This document shows positions 45,512-56,026 of a stretch of DNA of 64,000 bases, piece by piece. The notes beneath the pieces are model-generated. The model worked only from the letters and a program-made list of their open reading frames with translations, was not told the DNA's origin and did no database searches. Position 1 is the stretch's first letter; each line of letters begins with the position of its first letter. The translations under genes and the position numbers were made by a program. The stretch is from assembly GCA_041665925.1 (NCBI GenBank), contig JBAYHW010000003.1, positions 7,737-71,736 of the forward strand. Reading direction: 5' to 3'. The DNA is from Minisyncoccota bacterium. Its GTDB lineage: Bacteria; Patescibacteriota; Minisyncoccia; Phycocordibacterales; UBA9973.

Positions 45512-45814
45512 ATGAAAAAACCTTTATTATTTGCATCGGGAGCAGCGCTATATATTATTGTTATCGTTAACGTCACACAAGCTTTATCATTTCTCTTAAA
45601 GAACCAAAATGAAACGATTATCATCCCTATGACTATGCTGAGTCTGTTTGTGTTGTCAGCTGCTGTGATGGGATTTTTATTTTTATCTGAACCTCTTTCG
45701 CTACTTATGGAAAACAAGAAACAAGAAGCCATCATCTTCTTTGCTAAGATTGTCGGATTTTTCGCTTGCTTCGTCGTTATCTTTGCCGTCTTACTTTTTC
45801 TTAATAAAATATGA
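45512..45814 (+). CDS. small 3-TM membrane protein
   Basis: Hydrophobic ORF. Confidence 0.45.
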   Translation: MKKPLLFASGAALYIIVIVNVTQALSFLLKNQNETIIIPMTMLSLFVLSAAVMGFLFLSEPLSLLMENKKQEAIIFFAKIVGFFACFVVIFAVLLFLNKI

Positions 45815-46251
45815 ACGAAGAAAACGAAATCCAGATTAAATGTCGGGCTGTTATCCTACATGAAGGAAAATTGTTAACAGTTAAGCATCCGCATGACAAG
45901 AGCTTCGCAGCACTTCCGGGTGGACATTTAGAATATGGAGAAGATGTAAAAGAATGCTTGATAAGAGAAATAATAGAAGAGCTTGGGGTTAAGCCAGACG
46001 TAGGTAGACTGTTTTATATCAATACTTATCTACAGAGCGACAACAAACAATACATTGAATTTTTCTTTGAGGTAAAGAACGGCATGGATTATTTAAACAT
46101 TGAAAAACTTCCCCGCTCACACGCACACGAAATTGCTGAAATAGTATGGGTAAGCCCAGATGATGATATCCGAATCCTGCCAAAAAGTTTAGGTGATGAC
46201 TTCAAGGCTGGAAAAATAATCTCCAACGAGGTTAGATATATAAAAGGTTAA
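45811..46251 (+). CDS. NUDIX hydrolase
   Basis: GGHLEYGEDVKECLIREIIEELGV Nudix box. Confidence 0.8.
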   Translation: MNEENEIQIKCRAVILHEGKLLTVKHPHDKSFAALPGGHLEYGEDVKECLIREIIEELGVKPDVGRLFYINTYLQSDNKQYIEFFFEVKNGMDYLNIEKLPRSHAHEIAEIVWVSPDDDIRILPKSLGDDFKAGKIISNEVRYIKG

Positions 46252-46279
46252 TTAATTTTGATATTAAATACTTAACAAA

Positions 46280-46306
46280 AACAACCAACAGCTGGTTGTT
46301 TTTTTT
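46280..46306 (+). terminator. intrinsic terminator aacaaccaacagctggttgtt plus a T-run
   Basis: Hairpin plus T8. Confidence 0.7.
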
Positions 46307-46432
46307 GATGTTTTGCATTAAACCACACATTAAGTTGTCATTAAAATACACCCATAACGTCAGGTATCTATACGAGAAGGTGGTCGGTTATTTCTCGATT
46401 AAAAATAACATTAAAAAATTAACAAAAAAATT

Positions 46433-48043
46433 ATGAAAAAAATCTTAAACTTAATTAAAAAATCAACTGCTGTATTTATGCTTTTAGCATTTTCAGTATC
46501 AACATTCGGAAATGGAGCAATGAATATTGCACATGCAGTAGCAACCCCAAACTGGGATGTTACTGGTAGTTATGTAATAAATATGGAATATCAAGGTACA
46601 CAATACCCTCATGATCTTTCATTAGTTCAAGACAATGTCGGCAACTTAACCGGAAACGGTGGTAGCCCTGCTGGAGGTAATGTCTATACTTACGACTTAA
46701 CCTCTGGATTAGTAGATGGAGATACAATTGACTTCTTGGCCAGCTACACAGCTACCCCAGATGCAGTCACTCCACAAACAATTATGCATGTCATGGGTAC
46801 AATTGCCGAAGATGGCACAATTTCCGGGACATGGACAGACAATTATCAGGGTGGTGAACGATCTGGTGCTGTATCGACCGTTAGTGGTAATGCAGTCTCA
46901 GTCGGATCTATGGATGCTGAAGACTTTGGAGTCATGGATTCAAGCGGAGTAAAAGGTTACACTGCTGGATTTGGATTAAATGATGCAACATTTGCAGGAG
47001 CTACTTCTGTAGTTATTAAATTATACTCAGATGCTACTCTATTGCAGACAAACACTCTTAGTGGTCCAAACGCAGCTTTAATAATTGGAGACCAAATCTC
47101 ATCACCATTTGATGTTTTTGGAACTTTTGATTATGCAGCTGACGGATACTGGGTAAATGTTCGAGGTGCTGAATACGGCCAAACCTTAATCCCAACAAAA
47201 GTTACAGCAACTGCTACTCTAGAAAATGGCAAGGTTGTTACAGCAGAAAATACGAACTTAACTGGAGATCCAGAAACAATCTTCCCAGCAAGTGGAAACG
47301 TTACTACGAATGCAGCAACTGCTATAACATCTTCAGACGCAACCTTAAATGGTATGAATAATGAAAACGCAGCTATTGGTCATTCATTTTGGGCTTCATT
47401 AAGTCCATTTAGTACCGAAAGTCCTACACTTCCTAGTGGAGTTTACTCAACACCTGACCTTGGAGCTATTAACGCTGATACATCTTTCTCAGCATCTCTT
47501 TCTTCAGTCTCAGGTCTTCCTGCAATCACAGAAAACACTACTTACTACTTTGCTGCCTGGACTAATGTCGATGGCACTTGGTATCCTGGTGCAGTCTTAA
47601 GCTTCAATACAGGAGATAACACTATTGGTGGTGAAGTAATTCCTGGTAATGGAGAACTCGAAGTTACATCAGTTGAAACTATTGATTCTTCAGCTACAGC
47701 AAATGGAACATTCGAAGACGGATGGGAATATGTGTTCAACATTACTGTGCCTACAGATGAAACTCACTTAGCAATGAAATTTGCTGATTGGGCAAAAACT
47801 GGAGGTGGTGGTACTATCGCAGCAGCAAACAATATCAGAATTTCTTCTCCACAGGCAGACAATGCTGGAGCAACAGTTCTAATTACTGCAGCAAATACGT
47901 ACTCTTCTCCTACACTAAACATGATTACTGACCTTAATCCTTCTATGGATGGAATTCAAGTGAAGGTTACAGTTGAAACATCTATCCCTGTAGGTTCTGC
48001 AACTGGAGCTTATACTACAAGTTACGGCGTATTAACAAATTAA
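46433..48043 (+). CDS. secreted hypothetical protein, Thr/Ser/Gly-rich and beta-rich
   Basis: Signal peptide. Confidence 0.55.
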   Translation: MKKILNLIKKSTAVFMLLAFSVSTFGNGAMNIAHAVATPNWDVTGSYVINMEYQGTQYPHDLSLVQDNVGNLTGNGGSPAGGNVYTYDLTSGLVDGDTIDFLASYTATPDAVTPQTIMHVMGTIAEDGTISGTWTDNYQGGERSGAVSTVSGNAVSVGSMDAEDFGVMDSSGVKGYTAGFGLNDATFAGATSVVIKLYSDATLLQTNTLSGPNAALIIGDQISSPFDVFGTFDYAADGYWVNVRGAEYGQTLIPTKVTATATLENGKVVTAENTNLTGDPETIFPASGNVTTNAATAITSSDATLNGMNNENAAIGHSFWASLSPFSTESPTLPSGVYSTPDLGAINADTSFSASLSSVSGLPAITENTTYYFAAWTNVDGTWYPGAVLSFNTGDNTIGGEVIPGNGELEVTSVETIDSSATANGTFEDGWEYVFNITVPTDETHLAMKFADWAKTGGGGTIAAANNIRISSPQADNAGATVLITAANTYSSPTLNMITDLNPSMDGIQVKVTVETSIPVGSATGAYTTSYGVLTN

Positions 48044-48053
48044 ATAAGTAATT

Positions 48054-48617
48054 ATGAAACACAACATATTATTAAAATCATTCCTTGTGCTCACGTTGAT
48101 CTTTACTCTATCTTCACACGCGTATGCATCAGAAGTAACGGGTACTTTATCTTCGTCAAACACAGGAAATGAAAATAGTACGAGTGGCTCTATGTCTGGA
48201 ACAGTTTCATCTCCTCCATCAGAAAGTGGTGGAGGTGATGGTTCTTCCAGCAGTAGTGGAAGCAGAAGAAGCACGGGTACTGTACTTGGTGCATCAACAG
48301 AACCCACAAATGCCACTACAACAAATTACTTTTCTAACGATGGCACAGCGTTCGTACCTTCATCTCGTAGTCTGGCAATTAGCCCCGGAACAGATGAGGC
48401 AACAGACGACTCAGCCATGATCACCAATAATGAAGACGTATTAGGTGCTGAAACTGCAGAAGCTGCTTCGCCGACACAAGTTGCGGCAGCTGGAGTAGGC
48501 TTGGGCAACTTGAGCGGTATGGCTTGGTTTTGGATTATTCTTCTAATTTTACTTCTTCTCGCAGTTATAATTTATGTTTATACTCGTCAAGGAAAAAGTA
48601 GAACACGAATTCCATAA
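48054..48617 (+). CDS. secreted Ser/Thr-rich protein with a C-terminal TM anchor
   Basis: Signal peptide, low-complexity S/T/G region, C-terminal WFWIILLILLLLAVIIYVY helix. Confidence 0.55.
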   Translation: MKHNILLKSFLVLTLIFTLSSHAYASEVTGTLSSSNTGNENSTSGSMSGTVSSPPSESGGGDGSSSSSGSRRSTGTVLGASTEPTNATTTNYFSNDGTAFVPSSRSLAISPGTDEATDDSAMITNNEDVLGAETAEAASPTQVAAAGVGLGNLSGMAWFWIILLILLLLAVIIYVYTRQGKSRTRIP

Positions 48618-48633
48618 CTTAAATTAGCCGTCA

Positions 48634-48666
48634 AACAAAAAACCCGCAAAAGCGGGTTTTTTGTTT
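48634..48666. terminator. bidirectional intrinsic terminator aaaaaacccgcaaaagcgggtttttt
   Basis: Hairpin with flanking A- and T-runs between convergent genes. Confidence 0.75.
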
Positions 48667-48676
48667 GACTACTTTT

Positions 48677-49186
48677 TTATTTTTTATACAAACCTTTAAG
48701 TAATTCTGTCCCTCTATGTATCTGCACAGCAATGGTATTTTTCAACTGACCAGTAATCTCTGACATCTCATCTAGGGTTAATTCATCTAAATATCGCATT
48801 CGCATAACTTTCTGATATTTGGGCGGAAGACAATCAATCAAAAGAATGGCTTCTCTTCCGTCAAGTTTAGATATTGTCCTCTTAGAGTCATCAATACTCG
48901 GCTCAAAACCCTTGGTTAGAAGAGTGTCTAAACTAACTGTCTTGTGTTTCCTGTACTCATCCACTATTAAATTGTTAAGTATATGATACAAGAATGCTTT
49001 CATGGTTTCTATTTTCCCTCCCTTTACTAAATAATTCCAAGTTTTTAAGAAAGTATTCTGCACTAGGTCTTCGGCGAGAGTACCATCACTTACTTTATAA
49101 TATGCTCGCCTTTTGAGATCATTTGCATAACTCCCATGGGCTTCTGTTAATAACATCTTAAGTTGTATTTCTTGTTGTATTGTCAT
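48677..49186 (-). CDS. sigma-70 family (ECF-type) RNA polymerase sigma factor
   Basis: Region 2 EDLVQNTFLKTW and a region 4 HTH LDEMSEITGQLKNTIAVQIHRG. Confidence 0.7.
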   Translation of the reverse strand: MTIQQEIQLKMLLTEAHGSYANDLKRRAYYKVSDGTLAEDLVQNTFLKTWNYLVKGGKIETMKAFLYHILNNLIVDEYRKHKTVSLDTLLTKGFEPSIDDSKRTISKLDGREAILLIDCLPPKYQKVMRMRYLDELTLDEMSEITGQLKNTIAVQIHRGTELLKGLYKK

Positions 49187-49339
49187 TTTATTGTATGGTT
49201 ACTAATAATTTTAATTAGATATTTAATCTAATTTTAATATTATAGGAAGATGCCCACAATAAGTCAACAAGAAATAACCCTTATTTGGGGATAAAATGTG
49301 TATAACTTTAATATAATTTTAATATTGGTATTTACTGAG

Positions 49340-50578
49340 TTAAATAACCTTTATTGGCAAGGTTACACTGAAAATACTACCCTTAGATTTTGTGCTTTTA
49401 AGTTCAACACTTCCCTTGTGTGTCTCCGCTACCCATTTGACAATAGCAAGTCCTAACCCAGTTCTATTACCGTCAGAATTATGAGATTTATCACCCCGAT
49501 AAAATCTTTCAAAGACATGCTTAATGTCCTCTTTTGATACTCCGACACCATTATCTTCCACGCTTATTTTGACAAAACCTTTTGAGACTTTAGCCGACAC
49601 AGTGGTACGCCCGTTTTGATGACCATAAGTAATAGAATTTTTAATAAGATTCATAAACATTTTTTCAAGATAATCTTCATTTCCAGGAATTTTTATTGAA
49701 GGAATGTTCTTAATAAAAATAGAAATGTTTTTAGGACTAGCAAGAGTAGCACATCTGTTTACTACGCTCTTAATGAGGGATTTGAGATCAATCTTATGGT
49801 AAATAATAGCATCTGTCTGCCCACGTCCTCCTTGCGAAGTTAGAAGAGCCAGGTCTGATACTATGTCTGAAAGCCGATTTACTTCTTCATCAACAGACAC
49901 CAGTATTTCTTTATTAAATTTAGTATCAGAGTTTTTAATCCTTCTCACCAAGTCAATGTTCCCTTTTATTATCGCAAGCGGAGTTCGTATTTCGTGAGTC
50001 GCGTTGGCTATAAAATCATTTTTTAATTTTTCTTGAGAAAGTAGAACCTCTACTGTTTTTTGTTTTTCTGCTAAAACAAGGGCTTTTTGTTCATTTTCAT
50101 TCATCCAATTTATTGTAATAGCTTGAGCTATCGTATTCCCTGCTGTATTAGAAAAAACTATTTCTCCTGCCGAAAAATCATGTTTTTGTTTATAACATAA
50201 AATTATTTCTCCATAAACACGATCTCCGTAATGTATGGGAATAATAATGTAACTTTTTAATAATCTCCAAAAAATTGACTCGTAATTTTCTTTTTTTACA
50301 TTACTATCAAACCATAATTTCCCACCTACTGTCTTCTTCTTTGTTTTTTTTCTATCAGGAAGAGTAGGAACACCAGGGGTATTTAAACTCTTGTATACAA
50401 GCCTGTATTGATCAGCATCATTGAATTTTCCCCAAGCAAAACCAAAATCTGCCTCAAAAATATCAATGCATTGATCAGTAAATTTTTTAACAATAGAAAT
50501 ATTACTCTCTTCGGCCATTGCGTAAAGAGTGGTTTTATTAAAATCCTCTAATTTTTTTGAAGCTACTGTTTTAGTCAT
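49340..50578 (-). CDS. sensor histidine kinase (cytoplasmic, GAF/PAS-like N-terminus)
   Basis: H-box ATHEIRTPL plus an HATPase_c with N, G1 and G2 boxes (EDNGVGV, GLGLAIVK). Confidence 0.85.
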   Translation of the reverse strand: MTKTVASKKLEDFNKTTLYAMAEESNISIVKKFTDQCIDIFEADFGFAWGKFNDADQYRLVYKSLNTPGVPTLPDRKKTKKKTVGGKLWFDSNVKKENYESIFWRLLKSYIIIPIHYGDRVYGEIILCYKQKHDFSAGEIVFSNTAGNTIAQAITINWMNENEQKALVLAEKQKTVEVLLSQEKLKNDFIANATHEIRTPLAIIKGNIDLVRRIKNSDTKFNKEILVSVDEEVNRLSDIVSDLALLTSQGGRGQTDAIIYHKIDLKSLIKSVVNRCATLASPKNISIFIKNIPSIKIPGNEDYLEKMFMNLIKNSITYGHQNGRTTVSAKVSKGFVKISVEDNGVGVSKEDIKHVFERFYRGDKSHNSDGNRTGLGLAIVKWVAETHKGSVELKSTKSKGSIFSVTLPIKVI

Positions 50579-51177
50579 TTTATATACTTTAGCACAAGGG
50601 GAATTTCTTCACGAAAAACAAATGGCATAAATACCTCAATGTTATCATGTTTAAGTAATAACTCTTTAGATATTTTTTGAAAACCTCCTCCAGGAATTCC
50701 TGATTCTTTTATTATTTTTTGAAAATTAACAGGTGATTTGTAAATATATACTGAACGTATAAAATTATTAATCTTTAGTCCTAAATTTTTTTCTTTATCC
50801 TCTAACCCTCTAAGCTTACCCAGGAGAATTAAGTCTGATGTTGCTATAGAAATACCGGTTTCTTCTTCCATTTCTCGAACTGCAGCTTCTAAATAATCCT
50901 CTCCCTGGTTAACGTGCCCACCAGCAGTAGCGTCAAGTAACCCAGCAGACCTGGCGTGTAACCCTCTTTTCTGGAAAATAATATTGAAATCCTTATCAAA
51001 CATCCACACGTGAACTTCGCGGTGAAGCAAGCCCAGTCGATGAACTTCGGTTCGCGTTTGAGCACCGACAACCTCATCATCTTCGGTTACTACCTCGAGT
51101 AGTCTTTTGTTTTCGTAATCTAAATTTGTCATACCTTGTTTCAGTTTTCGCTCTTTTGAGCTCATCAGCGGGGACAC
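50575..51177 (-). CDS. NUDIX hydrolase with a C-terminal extension
   Basis: GGHVNQGEDYLEAAVREMEEETGI Nudix box. Confidence 0.75.
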   Translation of the reverse strand: MSPLMSSKERKLKQGMTNLDYENKRLLEVVTEDDEVVGAQTRTEVHRLGLLHREVHVWMFDKDFNIIFQKRGLHARSAGLLDATAGGHVNQGEDYLEAAVREMEEETGISIATSDLILLGKLRGLEDKEKNLGLKINNFIRSVYIYKSPVNFQKIIKESGIPGGGFQKISKELLLKHDNIEVFMPFVFREEIPLVLKYIK

Positions 51178-51198
51178 ACATCCCTGTAACTGCGATCC

Positions 51199-51918
51199 TC
51201 AACGAACCGCAGTCTGGTTCGTTGGGATCATTGCCGGACGAAGCCCGGCGATTACTTCGAGTTGACGGACACATTCCTCAATTGTGCCGTCGTTGTAGAT
51301 GACGTGATCGTAGAGGACACCGAAGTCGTCACCGAAGTGGTCGACGTTCTTGGCCCACTTGGAGCCAAAATCGATGTTCTCTTTGCGGCACCTCTTGTAG
51401 AGCCGTTTGCGCATCTTTTCGGTGTCAGTCATAGTGATAAAGACTGTCACCATGCTGAGACTGTTGGGAAGTCTACGCACTGCCGTGCGGAAGACGTCCC
51501 AATGCTTCTTAATCTCAGGAGAAGCGTATCCGGACGTGAACAAAACAACATCCACGTAAGGAGACGCTTCCAGCGCTGGCCAGAGCCTCGGGTTCGGAAT
51601 ACCGGTCAGGTAGGGTTTCTTGCGCACTGAAACCCTGTGACTGGTCGAGAACCAGATGTCGTTACCAGGGTCAAACGCGTCAGGAGGGCGTTGTCCTTCC
51701 TCATAAACTACATCGAGTTCTCTTTTCCCGCTCGTAAGACGCCACTCGTATTCCTCCAAGCTCACAAACTCATACTCGGTATTGCGCCGTTCGCGCTTAC
51801 GAGGAGGCCGAGTGGTTACTCTGGGTATCCACAAAACCCGGTTACGCTCCGAGAGAAGCTGGAGCACGGTGCTCTTACCCACTCCCGAAAACCCGTTTAC
51901 TGACAAAATTATACTCAT
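51199..51918 (-). CDS. guanylate-kinase-like P-loop kinase, GC-rich gene
   Basis: GFSGVGKSTV P-loop and TTRPPRKRERRNTEYEFVSLEEY (a GK-like motif). The start was trimmed to the Met that has an AAAGGAGGGG RBS. Local GC is about 50%. Confidence 0.55.
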   Translation of the reverse strand: MSIILSVNGFSGVGKSTVLQLLSERNRVLWIPRVTTRPPRKRERRNTEYEFVSLEEYEWRLTSGKRELDVVYEEGQRPPDAFDPGNDIWFSTSHRVSVRKKPYLTGIPNPRLWPALEASPYVDVVLFTSGYASPEIKKHWDVFRTAVRRLPNSLSMVTVFITMTDTEKMRKRLYKRCRKENIDFGSKWAKNVDHFGDDFGVLYDHVIYNDGTIEECVRQLEVIAGLRPAMIPTNQTAVR

Positions 51919-52041
51919 ATCCCCTCCTTTAGGGATTTTGTTAAATCCCATAGTGAAGGGACAGTTGTTAATGTTCACTTCTTTCACTCTCTTAATACCA
52001 CAAAAACACCTTTTTTGCAAGGTTAAAATGTAATTAAATAT

Positions 52042-52710
52042 TTATTCTTTCAAAACAAATCCGACTCCGCGAACTGTATGTATTAGAGATTTATTTTTAG
52101 CGCCATCAACTTTTGTACGCAAATATCGTATATGCACGTTAAGCTCGTTGTTTGTTTCTTTAAATGCAGGACCCCAGGCATGATCTATGAGTTTACGCCT
52201 ACTGATAGCCTCTCCTTGATTAGAAATAAGTGTGTCTAGAAGTTTATATTCTTTGGGAGTAAGTGGAAGTATTTTCCCCGCACGGGTCACTTCGTGTTTC
52301 TTTTTATCCATTATCAAATCCCCTACTTTAACTATATTGGCATCAGTTATCTTTGGTCGACGCAAAACTGCTCGTACTCGTGCGAAAAGTTCCGTTAATC
52401 CGAATGGCTTTACTAAATAATCATCCGCACCCACATCAAGTCCGTTGACCTTATCTTCTGTGCTGCCTCGTGCAGTAAGCATAATTATAGGAGTATGGAT
52501 GTGGTGTTCACGAAGCTCTTTACATACAGCAAAACCATCTTTTTTGGGCAACATTATATCAAGCAAAATCAAGGCATAATTATTCTTAAGTGCTTTCTTT
52601 AAACCCTCTTCTCCGTCATAAGCCACATCCGTAGAAAAACGTTCGCTTTTAAGCGCCTTTTTTAATATGTCTACCAACTTCTTTTCATCTTCCACAATTA
52701 AAATTGACAT
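52042..52710 (-). CDS. OmpR-family response regulator
   Basis: Receiver domain (ILLDIMLPKKDGF) plus a winged-helix output domain. Confidence 0.9.
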   Translation of the reverse strand: MSILIVEDEKKLVDILKKALKSERFSTDVAYDGEEGLKKALKNNYALILLDIMLPKKDGFAVCKELREHHIHTPIIMLTARGSTEDKVNGLDVGADDYLVKPFGLTELFARVRAVLRRPKITDANIVKVGDLIMDKKKHEVTRAGKILPLTPKEYKLLDTLISNQGEAISRRKLIDHAWGPAFKETNNELNVHIRYLRTKVDGAKNKSLIHTVRGVGFVLKE

Positions 52711-52850
52711 ATCTTATATATACCATTAAATATAACGTTTTGCAACGAACATTAAATATATATTAACATATTACACAAGTTTATCCACAATTTTCAACCA
52801 TTAGAATAAAAAACTGTAATAACTACTTTTCAAAAACGGCTTTACAATAG

Positions 52851-53438
52851 ATGAAAAAAACAAAAATGAAGACTGAAAAAGGCATAAGGCTGAACGGGCA
52901 GCTTTATATTAATAAACTTGGGGAAGAGGGTTGGACATACATTAAAACCGTAGTAGATATTGTACGAGAACCAATTTTAATTCTAGATCAGGATCTACGC
53001 GTAGTAGCTGCCAATGAACCTTTTTATACAACATTTAAGGTAGAGACAAAAGATACAGAAAATAAAATTTTGTATGAATTAGGTAATGGACAATGGAACA
53101 TCCCTGAATTACGAAAGTTATTAGAAGATATTTTACCAAAAAATACTTATTTTAAGGGATTTGAGGTTACGCAAGATTTCCCAGGAATTGGACGCAAGAT
53201 AATGATCTTAAATGGCAGGCAAATTTATTTAAAAGAGGTTTCTGCGGCACAACTATACCCACCCATCATTCTCCTTGCGATAGAAGATATTACAGACATG
53301 ATGGATGTAGCAGATATGCTTGCCCGGCACACAAACGAATTTGAGGAAAAAATGGCAGAAAAAACAGGGCAACTAGAAATTCGCATTAAAGAACTAGAAA
53401 AGGAGATAGCGATGCTAATTAGTAGAATAAAAATTTAA
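52851..53438 (+). CDS. PAS-like sensor domain protein with a C-terminal coiled coil
   Basis: PILILDQDLRVVAANEPFYTTF PAS-like core. Tentative. Confidence 0.45.
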   Translation: MKKTKMKTEKGIRLNGQLYINKLGEEGWTYIKTVVDIVREPILILDQDLRVVAANEPFYTTFKVETKDTENKILYELGNGQWNIPELRKLLEDILPKNTYFKGFEVTQDFPGIGRKIMILNGRQIYLKEVSAAQLYPPIILLAIEDITDMMDVADMLARHTNEFEEKMAEKTGQLEIRIKELEKEIAMLISRIKI

Positions 53439-53450
53439 TTTTTGTTTCCC

Positions 53451-55079
53451 TTATTTAATACACGCTTTAATGAACGCAGTAAATAGCGGATGTGGCGCAA
53501 GCGGACGGCTAAGAAATTCTGGATGAAACTGTGTGCCTAGATAAAACGGATGCACGTTTTTGGGAAGTTCAGCTATTTCCATCAAAATTCCATCGGGAGA
53601 TCTGCCGGAAAATACCAATCCTGCATTTTCGAGCTGTTCAATGTATTTCGGATTGACTTCATAGCGATGACGGTGACGCTCGGAGATTTCAGCCTGTCCA
53701 TAGCTCACGCGAGCAATACTACCCTCTTTGAGTAGTGCCTTATAAGCCCCCAAGCGCATACTAGCTCCGTAATTTTTATTTTTAATCTTATCTACTTGGT
53801 CGGCCATAGTAGCGATAACTGGGTGAATAGTATTGGCATCCATTTCTGTGGAGTTGGCTTCCCGAAGTCCTAAGACATTACGGGCATAAGAAATAGTCAG
53901 GATCTGCATTCCAAGACATAAACCGAAATATGGAATTTTCTTCTTGCGTGCATAATCCGCGGCCAGAATCATACCCTCTGTGCCTCTCTTACCGAATCCT
54001 CCAGGAACGATGATACCATCTAGGCCGTCGAGCTCTTTTAACTTATCTTTGTCGTTTTCAAATTTTTCAGTATCAATCCAGACAATGTTGGGTTTATAAT
54101 TTTGAGCCCAGGTGGCATGATTGATAGATTCAATGACTGAAATATAAGTATCTTTACAGGACTTGAAATTAAAATATTTTCCAACAATCCCGATACGCAC
54201 TTCCTTTTTAATTTTTTTAATCTTATTCGCAAGGGTTGTCCATTCGGCTAGATCTTTATGTCGTGCTGGTAAGCCCATGGTCTTGAGTAACGTGGCACCA
54301 AAGTTTTCTTTTTCAAAATTTACTGGTACGTCATATATAGAGTAGACGTCTGGAGCAGAGATTATTCTTTCAATAGGCAAACTGCAGACGTTGCTAATGG
54401 TACGTTTAATGTCAGGAGTCGCTGGCTGATCAGCGCGACAAATCACAAAGTCTGGATTTAGTCCGACAGAGAAGAGGTCGGTGATAGCGTGCTGAGTCGG
54501 TTTAGACTTTTGCTCTCCAAGTAGTGACGGCGTCGGCAGATAACTTATGAGAACAATTAAAACATCCGCTGGATTTTTAGACTTCATCATTCTCGCTGCT
54601 TCCAAAAATGGCAGAAGCTGGTATTCCCCTACTGTACCGCCGTATTCTATTATTACCACTTCGGAATTATTTTTATCTTTGCAGGCTTTAATGCGTCTGA
54701 TTATTTCCTTAGGAATATCTGGGTAAACTTCCACATCTTCGCCTTCGTATTCTAAATTGCGTTCACGCTTAATAACTTCGGCATATATTTGCCCTGTGGT
54801 TAAGTAATTTTCGCGAGTACTAGTTTGGTTGGTAAATCTTTCGTAATTCCCGAGGTCTTGGTCAGCCTCAATACCATCTTCACCGACGAAAACTTCTCCG
54901 TGTTCGGCAGGGCGAATAGTACCAGCATCTATATTCACATACATATCTGCCTTTACGTTCGTGACTCTATAACCACGAGACTGAAGTATCTTTCCGATAG
55001 AAGAGGCTGCAATTCCTTTGCCTACTGAAGACATAACCCCTCCCACTACAAAAATATACTTTGTCTCTTTTTTGCTCAT
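53451..55079 (-). CDS. pyrG: CTP synthase
   Basis: N-terminal synthetase domain plus a C-terminal GATase with GLCLGMQ. Confidence 0.9.
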   Translation of the reverse strand: MSKKETKYIFVVGGVMSSVGKGIAASSIGKILQSRGYRVTNVKADMYVNIDAGTIRPAEHGEVFVGEDGIEADQDLGNYERFTNQTSTRENYLTTGQIYAEVIKRERNLEYEGEDVEVYPDIPKEIIRRIKACKDKNNSEVVIIEYGGTVGEYQLLPFLEAARMMKSKNPADVLIVLISYLPTPSLLGEQKSKPTQHAITDLFSVGLNPDFVICRADQPATPDIKRTISNVCSLPIERIISAPDVYSIYDVPVNFEKENFGATLLKTMGLPARHKDLAEWTTLANKIKKIKKEVRIGIVGKYFNFKSCKDTYISVIESINHATWAQNYKPNIVWIDTEKFENDKDKLKELDGLDGIIVPGGFGKRGTEGMILAADYARKKKIPYFGLCLGMQILTISYARNVLGLREANSTEMDANTIHPVIATMADQVDKIKNKNYGASMRLGAYKALLKEGSIARVSYGQAEISERHRHRYEVNPKYIEQLENAGLVFSGRSPDGILMEIAELPKNVHPFYLGTQFHPEFLSRPLAPHPLFTAFIKACIK

Positions 55080-55084
55080 TTATT

Positions 55085-56008
55085 TTATCTATTTAAATAT
55101 TTTCTAGCTGCTAAGAAGCTGGAAATAATCCCTAAGATTATACCTGATAATAGAAGTATTGCAAAAATTGTAAGGAGGTTTGAAACATAATAACCATACA
55201 TGTCAATTCCTAGAAAATCAGTCATATTCTTGCCTAGCCATGCTGTTGCCGGCCAAAACAAGGCAAGGGTAATCAATGTAGCTACTGTGCCATAAATTGC
55301 CCCTTCTATCATAAATGGCCCACGCACATGCATCTTAGAAGCTCCAACGAGCCGCATTACCCCTATCTCTTCTTTTGATATAAAAATAGTCAGACGAATA
55401 GTGTTGAAAGTGATGATAATAGATATAATAACCATAAGTAAAGTAATCAGGAAACCTAATTTCTGCGCTCCGGAAATAATGGTATTTAATCTATCTATAA
55501 CTAATTTATTTTTATAATAATTAACATGATCAACGATAGAAGCAGAGCCAAGCACGAGGGCATTGTCGGACTTCATAAAGTTCGCGATACTTTCATACTG
55601 CCCAACTTCTTTAGCTTTCACATTCAAATACCCCCCGAGTGGATTTTCTTTTATCTCATCTAAGGCTTGAATCGTCGGATAGTCATTGGAGTGTCGTTCA
55701 CGAAAAAGCTTTAAAGCTTCTTCGGCGCTGGTATAAGACACCGCAGAAATCTCTGGTAACTTTTCTAACGAGGACTTCAGGGCTATAATCTTATCTTCGC
55801 TCGCCCCGACGGTGAAGTAAATTTTCACATCCACTTTATCTTTAATTTGAGTGAGAGAAAAATGCAAGACAGCTTGAAGCAGAATAATCATTGTAATCAC
55901 CGAAAGTGTAATAGTCACCACTAGTACCGCCGCCCAAGAAACGAGTCCATTTCTTTTAAAATTTATAAATCCTGATTTTATTATTCTTTTTAGGGTAACG
56001 ATGGTCAT
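55085..56008 (-). CDS. ftsX: cell division ABC transporter permease FtsX
   Basis: 4-TM FtsX topology with a large extracytoplasmic loop. It is adjacent to ftsE. Confidence 0.8.
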   Translation of the reverse strand: MTIVTLKRIIKSGFINFKRNGLVSWAAVLVVTITLSVITMIILLQAVLHFSLTQIKDKVDVKIYFTVGASEDKIIALKSSLEKLPEISAVSYTSAEEALKLFRERHSNDYPTIQALDEIKENPLGGYLNVKAKEVGQYESIANFMKSDNALVLGSASIVDHVNYYKNKLVIDRLNTIISGAQKLGFLITLLMVIISIIITFNTIRLTIFISKEEIGVMRLVGASKMHVRGPFMIEGAIYGTVATLITLALFWPATAWLGKNMTDFLGIDMYGYYVSNLLTIFAILLLSGIILGIISSFLAARKYLNR

Positions 56009-56026
56009 TATTTTAGTATAACATAC

